NCBI GenBank assembly: GCA_018268955.1
Contig: JAFDVO010000008.1
Location: forward strand, 22,988-86,987
From: Acidobacteriota bacterium
GTDB taxonomy: Bacteria; Acidobacteriota; Vicinamibacteria; Vicinamibacterales; CAVVIG01
Length of the DNA: 64,000 bases
Direction of reading: 5' to 3'
In this document: positions 53,443-61,612 of the stretch, piece after piece
How the letters are laid out: each line of letters opens with the position of its first letter
Numbering within the stretch: the first letter of the stretch is position 1
The notes under the pieces: model-generated
Told to the model about the DNA's origin: nothing
Seen by the model: only the letters and a program-made list of their open reading frames with translations
Database searches by the model: none
Made by a program: the position numbers and the translations under genes

Positions 53443-54180
53443 ATGCCGCCGGTCCTCCTGTCCGTCGTGATTCCCGCCTACAACGAGGAGCGTCGCCTCG
53501 GCGCCACGCTCGTCACGGTCGCGGAGTACCTGCGAGAACAGCCCTGGGACTGGGAAATCCGTGTCGTCGACGACGGATCGGCCGATGGCACCGTGCGCGT
53601 TGCGGAGGCCGCAGCCTCGCAAGAGGGGAGGATTGTCGTCCAGCGTGAGCCTCACCGGGGAAAGGGCGGGGCCGTGAAGGCGGGACTGATGGCAGCACGG
53701 GGTGAGTTCAGGTTCATCTGCGATGCCGACCTCTCGATGCCGATCGCCGAGATCGCTCGATTCCTGCCCCCCGAGGCGCCCCCTTTCGACGTGGCAATCG
53801 GATCGCGGGAAGGGCTGCGCGCCAGGCGCGTGGGCGAGCCCGCCTACCGGCACATTGCGGGGCGCGCGTTCAACCTCGGGGTTCAGTGGCTCGTGCTGCC
53901 AGGGATCGAGGACTCACAGTGTGGGTTCAAGATGTTCACGGCAGCAGCCGTGAAGTCGATCTTCCCCCGTGTCACTGTGGATGGTTGGGCCTTCGATGTC
54001 GAGGTGCTCGCGATCGCCCGCGCCCAGAAGCTCCGCATCGTCGAACTGCCGATCGAGTGGCACTACCGCGCCGAGTCGCGCCTGAACATGCTCCGCGATG
54101 GATGGCAGATGCTGAAGGAACTGCTGCGGATCCGATTGAGGTCGATGCGAGGACGATACCGTTCCGAGGTTGGAAGCTAG
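53443..54180 (+). CDS. Family 2 glycosyltransferase (polyprenyl-phosphate glucosyl/hexosyl synthase-like)
   Basis: Contains LSVVIPAYNEERRLG, VDDGSADGT and ICDADLS. Confidence 0.85.
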   Translation: MPPVLLSVVIPAYNEERRLGATLVTVAEYLREQPWDWEIRVVDDGSADGTVRVAEAAASQEGRIVVQREPHRGKGGAVKAGLMAARGEFRFICDADLSMPIAEIARFLPPEAPPFDVAIGSREGLRARRVGEPAYRHIAGRAFNLGVQWLVLPGIEDSQCGFKMFTAAAVKSIFPRVTVDGWAFDVEVLAIARAQKLRIVELPIEWHYRAESRLNMLRDGWQMLKELLRIRLRSMRGRYRSEVGS

Positions 54181-54361
54181 AACTCAGAAGTCAGAACTGG
54201 GCCCGCATCGGTTCCAAGGCTCAGCCCGTCCGCCCAACCCCAACGCCCCAACCTCCAACCTCCAACCTCCAACCTCCAACCTCCAACCTCCACCCTCCAA
54301 CCTCCGACCTCCAACCTCCGACCTCCAACCTCCGACCTCCGACGTTCGTGCGCTGACCTCT
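54180..54361. repeat. 26-unit single-phase heptamer lattice (GAAnTCA drifting to AACCTCC/GACCTCC)
   Basis: Begins at the last base of stop TAG 54178-54180: gaactca gaagtca gaactgg gcccgca tcggttc caaggct cagcccg tccgccc aacccca acgcccc. Then come aacctcc x5, accctcc, and aacctcc/gacctcc alternating x7. It ends gacgttc gtgcgct gacctct. Confidence 0.9.
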
Positions 54362-54372
54362 GAGGGGGGTGC

Positions 54373-55476
54373 TTACCTCTGAAGCCGTGCCAGTATGCGG
54401 CGTGCGATGACGTCGGCGCCGTCTGCCCTGAGTGTCGATGCGGGGGCTGGTTGGGCGAGGAGCGCATCGAGCGCGTCGCCCCAGCGGCCCGCGACCAGGT
54501 CCTCGCGATCGATCAGGCGGCTTCGCATCACCGCAGGCATCTCGCGCATGAAGACCTCCTGCTCGATGAAGCGACCGCGCAGCGTGTAGAGCAGCGGCAC
54601 TCCATTCGCCAGGCACTCCGAGACGATGCCGTAGCCGAGCTTGGTCACGACTGCGTCGCAGGCGGCGAGCAGGTCCGTGTACGTGACGCCGGCGCGCTGC
54701 ATATCGGCTCTCGTGACGACGCGCAGGTTGGGATGTCGTGGCGCGTCTCGAGGCACCTCGTACTCGGTGGCCACCACGAGCTGACGAGGGTCATCGGCGG
54801 CGCTCGCCAGGGGCACGCTCCCACCATGTCCTCCAAACGTCGCAAGCACGAGCCGCTGTGTGGAGGGAAGGCCGAGCCGGGCGCGGGCATCGTGGCGCGT
54901 CACGGTCGCTCGACGCGCGACCAGCGGCACGTCTTCGAGCGGACGCATGCCGTCGAATCCACCCGCGAACGGCAGCCGCAGCGTCAGCGTCGCCTGCGCA
55001 TTTGCGGCTGCAATCTGCTCGCGCACGCCTGGGGCAGCGCTGTCGAAGCCGGGAAGGCCCCCGTAGATCCAGTCCCACGTGAAGTTGCTGATGGCGACCG
55101 ACGGGAGACCTGCCGCGCTCGCAGCCGCGAACGCGAGAGGCGGGATGTCGCCGACCACCAGCGTGCCGCGGTGCTCACGCAGGATGGCCGCCTCGCGCTC
55201 CACGCGCGTATCGAACTCCGCGTAGAACTCCCGCGCTCGCCGTGCGGTCTCCGCCTCGTCGATGCTGAGGCTGTCCGGCTGGACCACTCCAGTGTCGGTC
55301 GCACCGGTGATGATGTTGACGGGCCGGTGTACGTTGGCGCGCAAGAACCACTCCGGCACCGTCGTCCGGAGCCCGATGGGGAGCTCGGGTGCCAGCTCAC
55401 CAAGCGCGTTCACGACGAGCGCGCTGCGCGAGGCGTGGCCGAAGCCGTGACCGGAGATGTAGAAGACGACGGACAA
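54373..55476 (-). CDS. GT-B fold glycosyltransferase (GT1/GT28-like, MJ1255-type)
   Basis: TTG start. The N-terminus (M)SVVFYISGHGFGHASRS is typical of this family by recall. Confidence 0.7.
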   Translation of the reverse strand: MSVVFYISGHGFGHASRSALVVNALGELAPELPIGLRTTVPEWFLRANVHRPVNIITGATDTGVVQPDSLSIDEAETARRAREFYAEFDTRVEREAAILREHRGTLVVGDIPPLAFAAASAAGLPSVAISNFTWDWIYGGLPGFDSAAPGVREQIAAANAQATLTLRLPFAGGFDGMRPLEDVPLVARRATVTRHDARARLGLPSTQRLVLATFGGHGGSVPLASAADDPRQLVVATEYEVPRDAPRHPNLRVVTRADMQRAGVTYTDLLAACDAVVTKLGYGIVSECLANGVPLLYTLRGRFIEQEVFMREMPAVMRSRLIDREDLVAGRWGDALDALLAQPAPASTLRADGADVIARRILARLQR

Positions 55477-55477
55477 C

Positions 55478-57829
55478 TCAGGGCTGTGGCAGTGCGACCT
55501 TCAGCACGTCTTCGAGCGTGGACGCCGGAACGAAGGTCATCTGCTCCTTCACTTCCGGCGGCAACTCGGCCACGTCTGCGCTGTTGCGGGACGGGTGGAT
55601 GAAGGTCTTGATGCCGAACCGCTTCGCGGCGAGTGCCTTCTCGCGAATGCCGCCGACCGGGAGCACGAGGCCGCTCAGGGTGATCTCGCCGGTCATCGCG
55701 ACATCGGGCCGCACGATCTGGTTCTTCAGCGCCGAGACGATGGCGGTGGCCATGGTCACGCCCGCAGAGGGGCCGTCCTTGGGAATCGCGCCGGCCGGGA
55801 CGTGCACGTGGAGGTCGTGCTTCTCGAGCACATCGGGGTCGATGCCGAGCTCCTTCGAGACAGCGCGGACATGGCTCAGTGCCGCGCGCGCGGACTCCTG
55901 CATCACGTTCCCGAGCTGGCCTGTGAGGATCAGGTTGTGGTGGCCCGCAGGCAGCAGGCTCGCTTCCACGAACAGGACGTCACCGCCCACTTCGGTCCAG
56001 GCCACGCCGGTAGCGACGCCGGGACGTGACACGCGGAACGAGAGCTCCTGCTGGAAACGCGGTGGCCCCAGGTAGTCAGGAACGTCGTCGCCCCCGATCA
56101 CGGTCTGCGGCAGCGGCTCGCTGGATGCGGCGACCCTGGCCGCCACCTTCCGGGCGACGGCGCCAATCTGCCGCTCCAGGTTCCGCACGCCGGCCTCACG
56201 CGTGTAGTCGCTGGCGATGCGCCGGAGTGCCGCGTCTTCCAGGAGGATCTGCTCGGGCGAGAGGCCATGCTCGGTCAGCTGCCGCGGGACGAGGTACCGC
56301 TTCGCGATGTGAAGCTTCTCCTCTTCGCTGTAGCCCGCGAGCTGGATGATCTCCATGCGGTCGAGCAGGGCGGGATGGATCGTCCCCAGCTGGTTGGACG
56401 TCGCGATGAAGAGCACCTTCGAGAGGTCGATGTTCACCTCGAGGTAGTGATCGCGGAACGTCGAGTTCTGCGCCGGGTCGAGCACCTCGAGCAGGGCCGC
56501 CGCCGGGTCGCCCTGGTAACCACCCGCTGAAATCTTGTCGATCTCGTCCAGCATGAAGACGGGATTCATCGCGCCCGCCTGCTTCAGGGCCTGGACGATG
56601 CGCCCCGGGATGGAGCCGATGTAGGTGCGGCGGTGGCCCCGGATTTCCGCCTCGTCGCGGACGCCGCCGAGCGAGATCCGCACGAACTTCCGGTTCATCG
56701 CGCGAGCGACCGACTGGCCCAGCGAGGTCTTGCCGACGCCTGGGGGCCCGACGAAGCAGAGGATCGGGCCCTTCATCGCCATCGACCCGGTCTGCTGCGC
56801 CTTCAGCTTCTGCACCGCCAGGTACTCGACGATGCGCTCCTTGATCTTGTCGAGGTCGTAGTGATCCTCGTCGAGCACCTGCCGCGCCGCGACCGGATCG
56901 AGCCGGTCCTCTGTCGTCTTCGACCACGGCACGTCGAGGAGCCAGTCCAGGTACGTCCGGATCATCTGGTACTCGGGTGAAGCCTGGCCCATGCGCTCCA
57001 GCCGTTCGAGCTCGCGAAGCGCGGCGGTGTTGACGTGCTCGGGCAGGTGCGCGTCGGCAATGCGCGCACGGAGCTCCTGCATCTCCGGCTTCTCGCCTTC
57101 GCCGAGCTCTTCCTGGATCGCCTTCATCTGCTGCCGGAGGTAGTACTGACGCTGCGCGTCGGTCATCTCCTGCTGCGCGGCTGACTCGATCTTTCCCTTC
57201 AGCTCCAGGAGCGCGATCTCGCGATTCAGCGCGGCGGCCACCGACGACAGTTTGTCGATCAGCTGGTTCGCCTCGAGAATCTGCTGCTTCTCGTCGGCTT
57301 TCATGTCGAGAAGGCTGGCGAGCACGTATGCCAGCCGGAGCGGATCGTCCAGGCCCTGCACCATCGTCCGCAGTTCCTGCGAGAGGCCCGTGGCCACCGA
57401 GAGCGCCTTGTCGATCAGTTCGCGCAGGCGGCGGACCCAGGCGTCGATTTCAATGGTCCGCTCGGCCGACTCAGGCTGGGGGCGTACCATCGCGCGGAGC
57501 GAGTTCGCGCTCCTCGAGATCAGGTCGGCCCGTCCGCGCTGGAGCCCCTCGACGATCACATGGATCACGCCGTTCGGCGCCTTGGCCATCTGGCGGACCA
57601 CCGCGATCGTGCCGATCTCGCGCAGATCCCCGGGCTGGGGCTCCTCCACGCTGGCGGTCTGCAGCGTGAGGAACAGCAGGCGATCGCCAGCGAGCGCCCG
57701 ATTGACCGCTTCGACAGAGTGCGGTCGCGAAATGGCCAGAGGCTGCAGGGTCAGCGGAAAGACGACGGTTTCGCGCAGCGCGAGCAGGGGCAGTTCGCTG
57801 GGGTAGGTGCGAGCGGGGTCGGTCGCCAT
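55478..57829 (-). CDS. lon: ATP-dependent endopeptidase La (Lon)
   Basis: 783 aa with a LON N-domain, Walker A GPPGVGKTS and the protease motif PKDGPSAGVTMATA. Confidence 0.95.
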   Translation of the reverse strand: MATDPARTYPSELPLLALRETVVFPLTLQPLAISRPHSVEAVNRALAGDRLLFLTLQTASVEEPQPGDLREIGTIAVVRQMAKAPNGVIHVIVEGLQRGRADLISRSANSLRAMVRPQPESAERTIEIDAWVRRLRELIDKALSVATGLSQELRTMVQGLDDPLRLAYVLASLLDMKADEKQQILEANQLIDKLSSVAAALNREIALLELKGKIESAAQQEMTDAQRQYYLRQQMKAIQEELGEGEKPEMQELRARIADAHLPEHVNTAALRELERLERMGQASPEYQMIRTYLDWLLDVPWSKTTEDRLDPVAARQVLDEDHYDLDKIKERIVEYLAVQKLKAQQTGSMAMKGPILCFVGPPGVGKTSLGQSVARAMNRKFVRISLGGVRDEAEIRGHRRTYIGSIPGRIVQALKQAGAMNPVFMLDEIDKISAGGYQGDPAAALLEVLDPAQNSTFRDHYLEVNIDLSKVLFIATSNQLGTIHPALLDRMEIIQLAGYSEEEKLHIAKRYLVPRQLTEHGLSPEQILLEDAALRRIASDYTREAGVRNLERQIGAVARKVAARVAASSEPLPQTVIGGDDVPDYLGPPRFQQELSFRVSRPGVATGVAWTEVGGDVLFVEASLLPAGHHNLILTGQLGNVMQESARAALSHVRAVSKELGIDPDVLEKHDLHVHVPAGAIPKDGPSAGVTMATAIVSALKNQIVRPDVAMTGEITLSGLVLPVGGIREKALAAKRFGIKTFIHPSRNSADVAELPPEVKEQMTFVPASTLEDVLKVALPQP

Positions 57830-57841
57830 GGGTTCAGGATA

Positions 57842-58516
57842 TCAGTGGATGTAAGGGATGAGACGCCAGCGGACGACCCTTCGGTACTCGAGGTAGCGAT
57901 TGCCGCACTGCGACGTCAGGCCCGCTTCTTCGAAGGGCATCGCTATCAGGAGGTAGGCGGTCGTGACCGTGGCGAACAGGAGCCGGTCGCCGGTCATCAC
58001 CGGCGTGCCGAAGAAGATGAGCACCCAGCCCGAGTAGAGCGGGTGGCGGACGAACCGGTATGGCCCGTCATGCTGCAGCACGTCGGTCGGCTTCGGCTCG
58101 GCGAGTCCGGCCAGTTCGCTGACGCTGATCTTCCTGACGCACAGGATGCTGAGTGCGATGCCGGCCACCTGCGCCGAGAGCAGCAGCACGTGCATGGCGC
58201 CAGACGCGTGATACACATCGACACCGATGGGGACCCAGAGCCAGGTCACCGCCATCAGCAGCAGGCTGGCCACCCACACATAGGCGCTCCGTACGAGATC
58301 GGCAGGCACCCACTTTGTCACCCACCGCTTCGCAGCAGGGCGCGCGAGCAGGCTGTGGTGCAGGGCGAACACCGTCAGCAGCCCAGTGTCTGCCGACGCC
58401 GCGCGCAGGGCGTGCCCGCCGCTCGTGACGTCCGACAGGTGCATCCACCACCAGCCGACACGCACGACGGCTGCCACGAATAGCACGAGCCCGATGCGTT
58501 TGATTGCCGGCTTCAT
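57842..58516 (-). CDS. ICMT/PEMT-like membrane methyltransferase family protein
   Basis: Lies in ORF 57842-58519 (TTG); ATG 58516 preferred (MKPAIKRIGLVLFVAAVV). Motif RHPLYSGWVLIFFG. Multi-helix. Confidence 0.7.
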   Translation of the reverse strand: MKPAIKRIGLVLFVAAVVRVGWWWMHLSDVTSGGHALRAASADTGLLTVFALHHSLLARPAAKRWVTKWVPADLVRSAYVWVASLLLMAVTWLWVPIGVDVYHASGAMHVLLLSAQVAGIALSILCVRKISVSELAGLAEPKPTDVLQHDGPYRFVRHPLYSGWVLIFFGTPVMTGDRLLFATVTTAYLLIAMPFEEAGLTSQCGNRYLEYRRVVRWRLIPYIH

Positions 58517-58588
58517 CAATTCACCAACTCACCAATTCACCAACTCACGAATTCACCAACTCACCAACTCACCAATTCACCAATTCCC
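58517..58588. repeat. Nine in-phase octamers CAAYTCAC abutting a start codon in a divergent 5'/5' spacer
   Basis: Units are caattcac caactcac caattcac caactcac gaattcac caactcac caactcac caattcac caattccc. On the minus strand the last unit reads GGTGAATTG immediately before ATG 58516. Confidence 0.9.
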
Positions 58589-58623
58589 TGTGCTCGGTCA
58601 CCTGATGCTATAACCAGCCTGTC

Positions 58624-59883
58624 GTGGATCGGGTCGTCATTTCAGGAATCGGAGTCGTCTCGCCATTCGGTGTGGGTCGGGAGACCTTCTGGACGCACAT
58701 CAGTCGGGGCGACAGTGGTGCGCGCATCCTGGATGACCTGGACCCCTCAATCCCCTGTCGCGTTGCCGCGCCCGTCCTTGGCGTGACCACGGACGACGTG
58801 CCAAGGATCGAGGGAGAAGATACGTGGGATCCCGCCCACCGGGCCGACCCGAAGCGCTACAGCCGAGCCGCGCTCATCGCGGTGATTGCTGCGCGTGAAG
58901 CCTGGAACGATGCCGGCTTGCGGGCGAGCGAGGAGAACGCCGCGGTGATCATCGGGAGCGGCGGAGGCGGGATTGACGTGGGGGAGAAGCAGTACTACGA
59001 CTTCTTCGTCGAGCGCGGACGCAAGGTGACCCCCTACGCGATCCCGATCTCGATCGTTGGCATGATGTCGAGCGAGGTCTCCATCTCGCTCCGGCTGCAC
59101 GGCTTCAGCCACGTGCTGTCCTGCGGCTGCACCAGTTCGACCGATGCCATCGGGTATGCGGTGGCGGCTATCCGCTCTGGTGAAGCGGACATCGTGCTGT
59201 CCGGAGGGGCGGACGCCTGTGTGACGCCGGGGATGCTGTACGGGTTCTCCCGCATGCGCGCGGTATCGGTGGGGCACAACGACACGCCGCACGCCGCCTC
59301 CCGTCCCTTCGACAAGGCACGCGACGGGTTCGTGCTGGGAGAGGGCGCCTGGATGCTGGTCCTCGAGCGCGAGGACCATGCGCGAGCACGCGGTGCAACG
59401 GTCTACGCCTCGATCGACGGCTATGCGTCGACGTGCGACGCCTACCACCGCGTCCAGATGGCTCCCGACGGCGTGCAGATCGTCCGTGCCATGGCGAAGG
59501 CCATCGAGAAGTCGGGCCGTGCCCGCGATGCGATCGGCTACGTCAACTTCCATGGCACATCCACGGTGCTGAACGATGCGATTGAGTCGCGATGCGTGCG
59601 CGAGCTGTTCGGCACGCGCGCCGACCACATCGCCGGGTCCTCCGTGAAGTCGATGATCGGGCACCCCCAGGGCGCAAGCGGCGCCGCGGGGATCGTGACC
59701 ACCGCGCTCGCGATGCAGCGCGGCTTCCTGCCACCGACGATCAACCAGCGGGAGCCGGATCCGTCGTGCGATCTCGATTACGTCCCGAACGTCGGTCGTG
59801 AGGCGCAGGTCGAGGCCGCCCTGTGCAACTGCCTCGGCTTCGGCTCCAAGAACAGCGCCATCGTCATGGGTGCGGGGCGTTAG
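58624..59883 (+). CDS. Beta-ketoacyl synthase, KAS-II (FabF)-like, divergent and outside a fab operon
   Basis: GTG start. Cys-His-His triad context: LSCGCTSSTDAIGYA, CDAYHRVQMAP and NFHGTSTVLND. Also KSMIGHPQGASGAAG. Confidence 0.8.
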   Translation: MDRVVISGIGVVSPFGVGRETFWTHISRGDSGARILDDLDPSIPCRVAAPVLGVTTDDVPRIEGEDTWDPAHRADPKRYSRAALIAVIAAREAWNDAGLRASEENAAVIIGSGGGGIDVGEKQYYDFFVERGRKVTPYAIPISIVGMMSSEVSISLRLHGFSHVLSCGCTSSTDAIGYAVAAIRSGEADIVLSGGADACVTPGMLYGFSRMRAVSVGHNDTPHAASRPFDKARDGFVLGEGAWMLVLEREDHARARGATVYASIDGYASTCDAYHRVQMAPDGVQIVRAMAKAIEKSGRARDAIGYVNFHGTSTVLNDAIESRCVRELFGTRADHIAGSSVKSMIGHPQGASGAAGIVTTALAMQRGFLPPTINQREPDPSCDLDYVPNVGREAQVEAALCNCLGFGSKNSAIVMGAGR

Positions 59884-59908
59884 GTGAGATCTGCCATCTG
59901 CACTGCAC

Positions 59909-61069
59909 ATGGCGTGTGACGTGCTCGTCATCGGCGCCGGCCCGGCGGGCTCGGTTGCGGCGCTCGTGCTGGCGCGCGCGGGCGCGCGTGTGTGCCTTGT
60001 CGATCGCGCCGCCCTGCCGCGGCCCAAGCTGTGCGGCGATACCCTGAACCCGGGCGCGCTCGGCATCCTGCGTCGCCTCGGGATCGGAGACGGCATCGAG
60101 CGGCACGGGCTGCCCATCGACGGTATGCGCGTCACGGGCGACGGCGTGGTCGTGGACGGTCGCTATCCGCGCGGGCTGCGAGGTGTCTCGATGCGGCGGG
60201 ACGATCTCGACCTTGCGCTCGTGCACGCGGCGGCCAGCGCTGGAGTGGACGTGCGGACGCAGGTGCGTGCGGCTGGCCCGATTGTCGAGGAGCAGCCTGG
60301 CAGCGTGCGGGTGGCAGGCGTGGCGTGCACGGGACCCACGGGTGTGCGGTTCGATCTCCGTGCGCCGGTCACCATCGCAGCCGACGGCCGTCGCTCGGCG
60401 CTCGCGCTCGCGCTTGGGCTCACGCGCCACCCGGAGAAGCCGCGTCGGTGGGCCATCGGCGTACATGCGGCCGGCATGGAGGGTCTGTCAGCCTTCGGCG
60501 AAATGCACATCCGTCGCGGCTACTACGTGGGCGTCGCGCCGTTGCCAGGCGGTCTCGCGAACCTCTGCGTCGTGCGTCCCGCTGCTGCCGCCGAGGACGG
60601 TTTCCGCGACCCTGCCGGCACGCTCCGCCGGATCATCGACGCGGAGCCGATCCTGCGCGAGCGGACCACGCACGTGGAGTTTGCGTCCCGGCCGCTCGTG
60701 CTCGGGCCGCTGGCGGTCGACACCGTGCCGGGCGCCGCGATGCCGCCCGGCCTGCTGCTCGCTGGTGATGCCGCCGGGTTCATCGACCCGATGACCGGCG
60801 ACGGGATGCGGTTTGCCCTGCGCGGCGGCGAACTCGCGGCTGACGCCGCCATCCGCGCACTCGCCCACGGCTGGAACGGGGTGCACGCGCATCTCGAGCA
60901 GGCCCGTCGGCAGGAATTTGCAGCCAAGTGGCGGTTCAACCGTGCGCTGCGCGCGCTCGTCGGCAGCGCGATGGGCGTGCGGGGTGCCACCCTCGCGGCG
61001 CGCGCCATGCCGGCCAGCATCAGGCTTCTCATCCGCCACGCGAGCGACTGCGCGCGGGCCACGGCGTAG
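59909..61069 (+). CDS. FAD-dependent oxidoreductase (geranylgeranyl-reductase-like)
   Basis: N-terminal dinucleotide fold DVLVIGAGPAGSVAALVLARAGARVCLVDR. Also GDAAGFIDPMTGDGM. Confidence 0.8.
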   Translation: MACDVLVIGAGPAGSVAALVLARAGARVCLVDRAALPRPKLCGDTLNPGALGILRRLGIGDGIERHGLPIDGMRVTGDGVVVDGRYPRGLRGVSMRRDDLDLALVHAAASAGVDVRTQVRAAGPIVEEQPGSVRVAGVACTGPTGVRFDLRAPVTIAADGRRSALALALGLTRHPEKPRRWAIGVHAAGMEGLSAFGEMHIRRGYYVGVAPLPGGLANLCVVRPAAAAEDGFRDPAGTLRRIIDAEPILRERTTHVEFASRPLVLGPLAVDTVPGAAMPPGLLLAGDAAGFIDPMTGDGMRFALRGGELAADAAIRALAHGWNGVHAHLEQARRQEFAAKWRFNRALRALVGSAMGVRGATLAARAMPASIRLLIRHASDCARATA

Positions 61070-61075
61070 CCGACC

Positions 61076-61591
61076 TTGATCCGCCTCGCGCTCCTCGCGC
61101 TCGTGGTGTTCGGCACGATGATCGTGGAAGCGGTCCGCGCGCGCCGCAACGAACGCCTGCAGCGCGCCCGTGGCGGCGTCGAGCCGCGTCATGACGTGTA
61201 CCCGCTGATGCAGGTGGCCTACCCTGGCGTCTTCCTCGCCATGCTGTGGGAAGGGCTGCTGCGCCCCACGCCGCCAACGGTGGTGGTCGCCGTCGGGCTC
61301 GCGGTCCTCGTGGCGGGCAAGCTGCTCAAGTGGTGGGCCATCCTGACGCTCGGCCAGTGCTGGACCTTCCGCGTCATCGTCGTGCCCCAGGCTCCGCTGG
61401 TCACCTCGGGGCCGTATCGGTGGCTGCGGCACCCCAATTACGTCGGCGTGGTTGGCGAACTCGCCGGCAGTGCGATGATTGCTGGCGCTCCGGTGGCCGG
61501 TCTCCTCGGGACGCTGCTCTTTGGCGGGCTGATGCTGGTCCGCGTGCGCCTCGAGACCCGAGCGCTGGGTGCTATACTCCGGCGCGGGTAA
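61076..61591 (+). CDS. Isoprenylcysteine carboxyl methyltransferase (ICMT) family protein
   Basis: TTG start. Four to five helices. Motif YRWLRHPNYVGVVGELAG. Confidence 0.75.
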   Translation: MIRLALLALVVFGTMIVEAVRARRNERLQRARGGVEPRHDVYPLMQVAYPGVFLAMLWEGLLRPTPPTVVVAVGLAVLVAGKLLKWWAILTLGQCWTFRVIVVPQAPLVTSGPYRWLRHPNYVGVVGELAGSAMIAGAPVAGLLGTLLFGGLMLVRVRLETRALGAILRRG

Positions 61592-61612
61592 TCCCGCCGC
61601 TTTCCAGCACGA

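Noticed and set aside
54170-54382. A 70-aa ORF with a PTSNLQP 7-residue protein repeat.
   Set aside because: The repeat is simply the translation of the heptanucleotide lattice (3 x 7 nt = 7 codons). The ORF has no RBS and overlaps the end of the GT2 gene.
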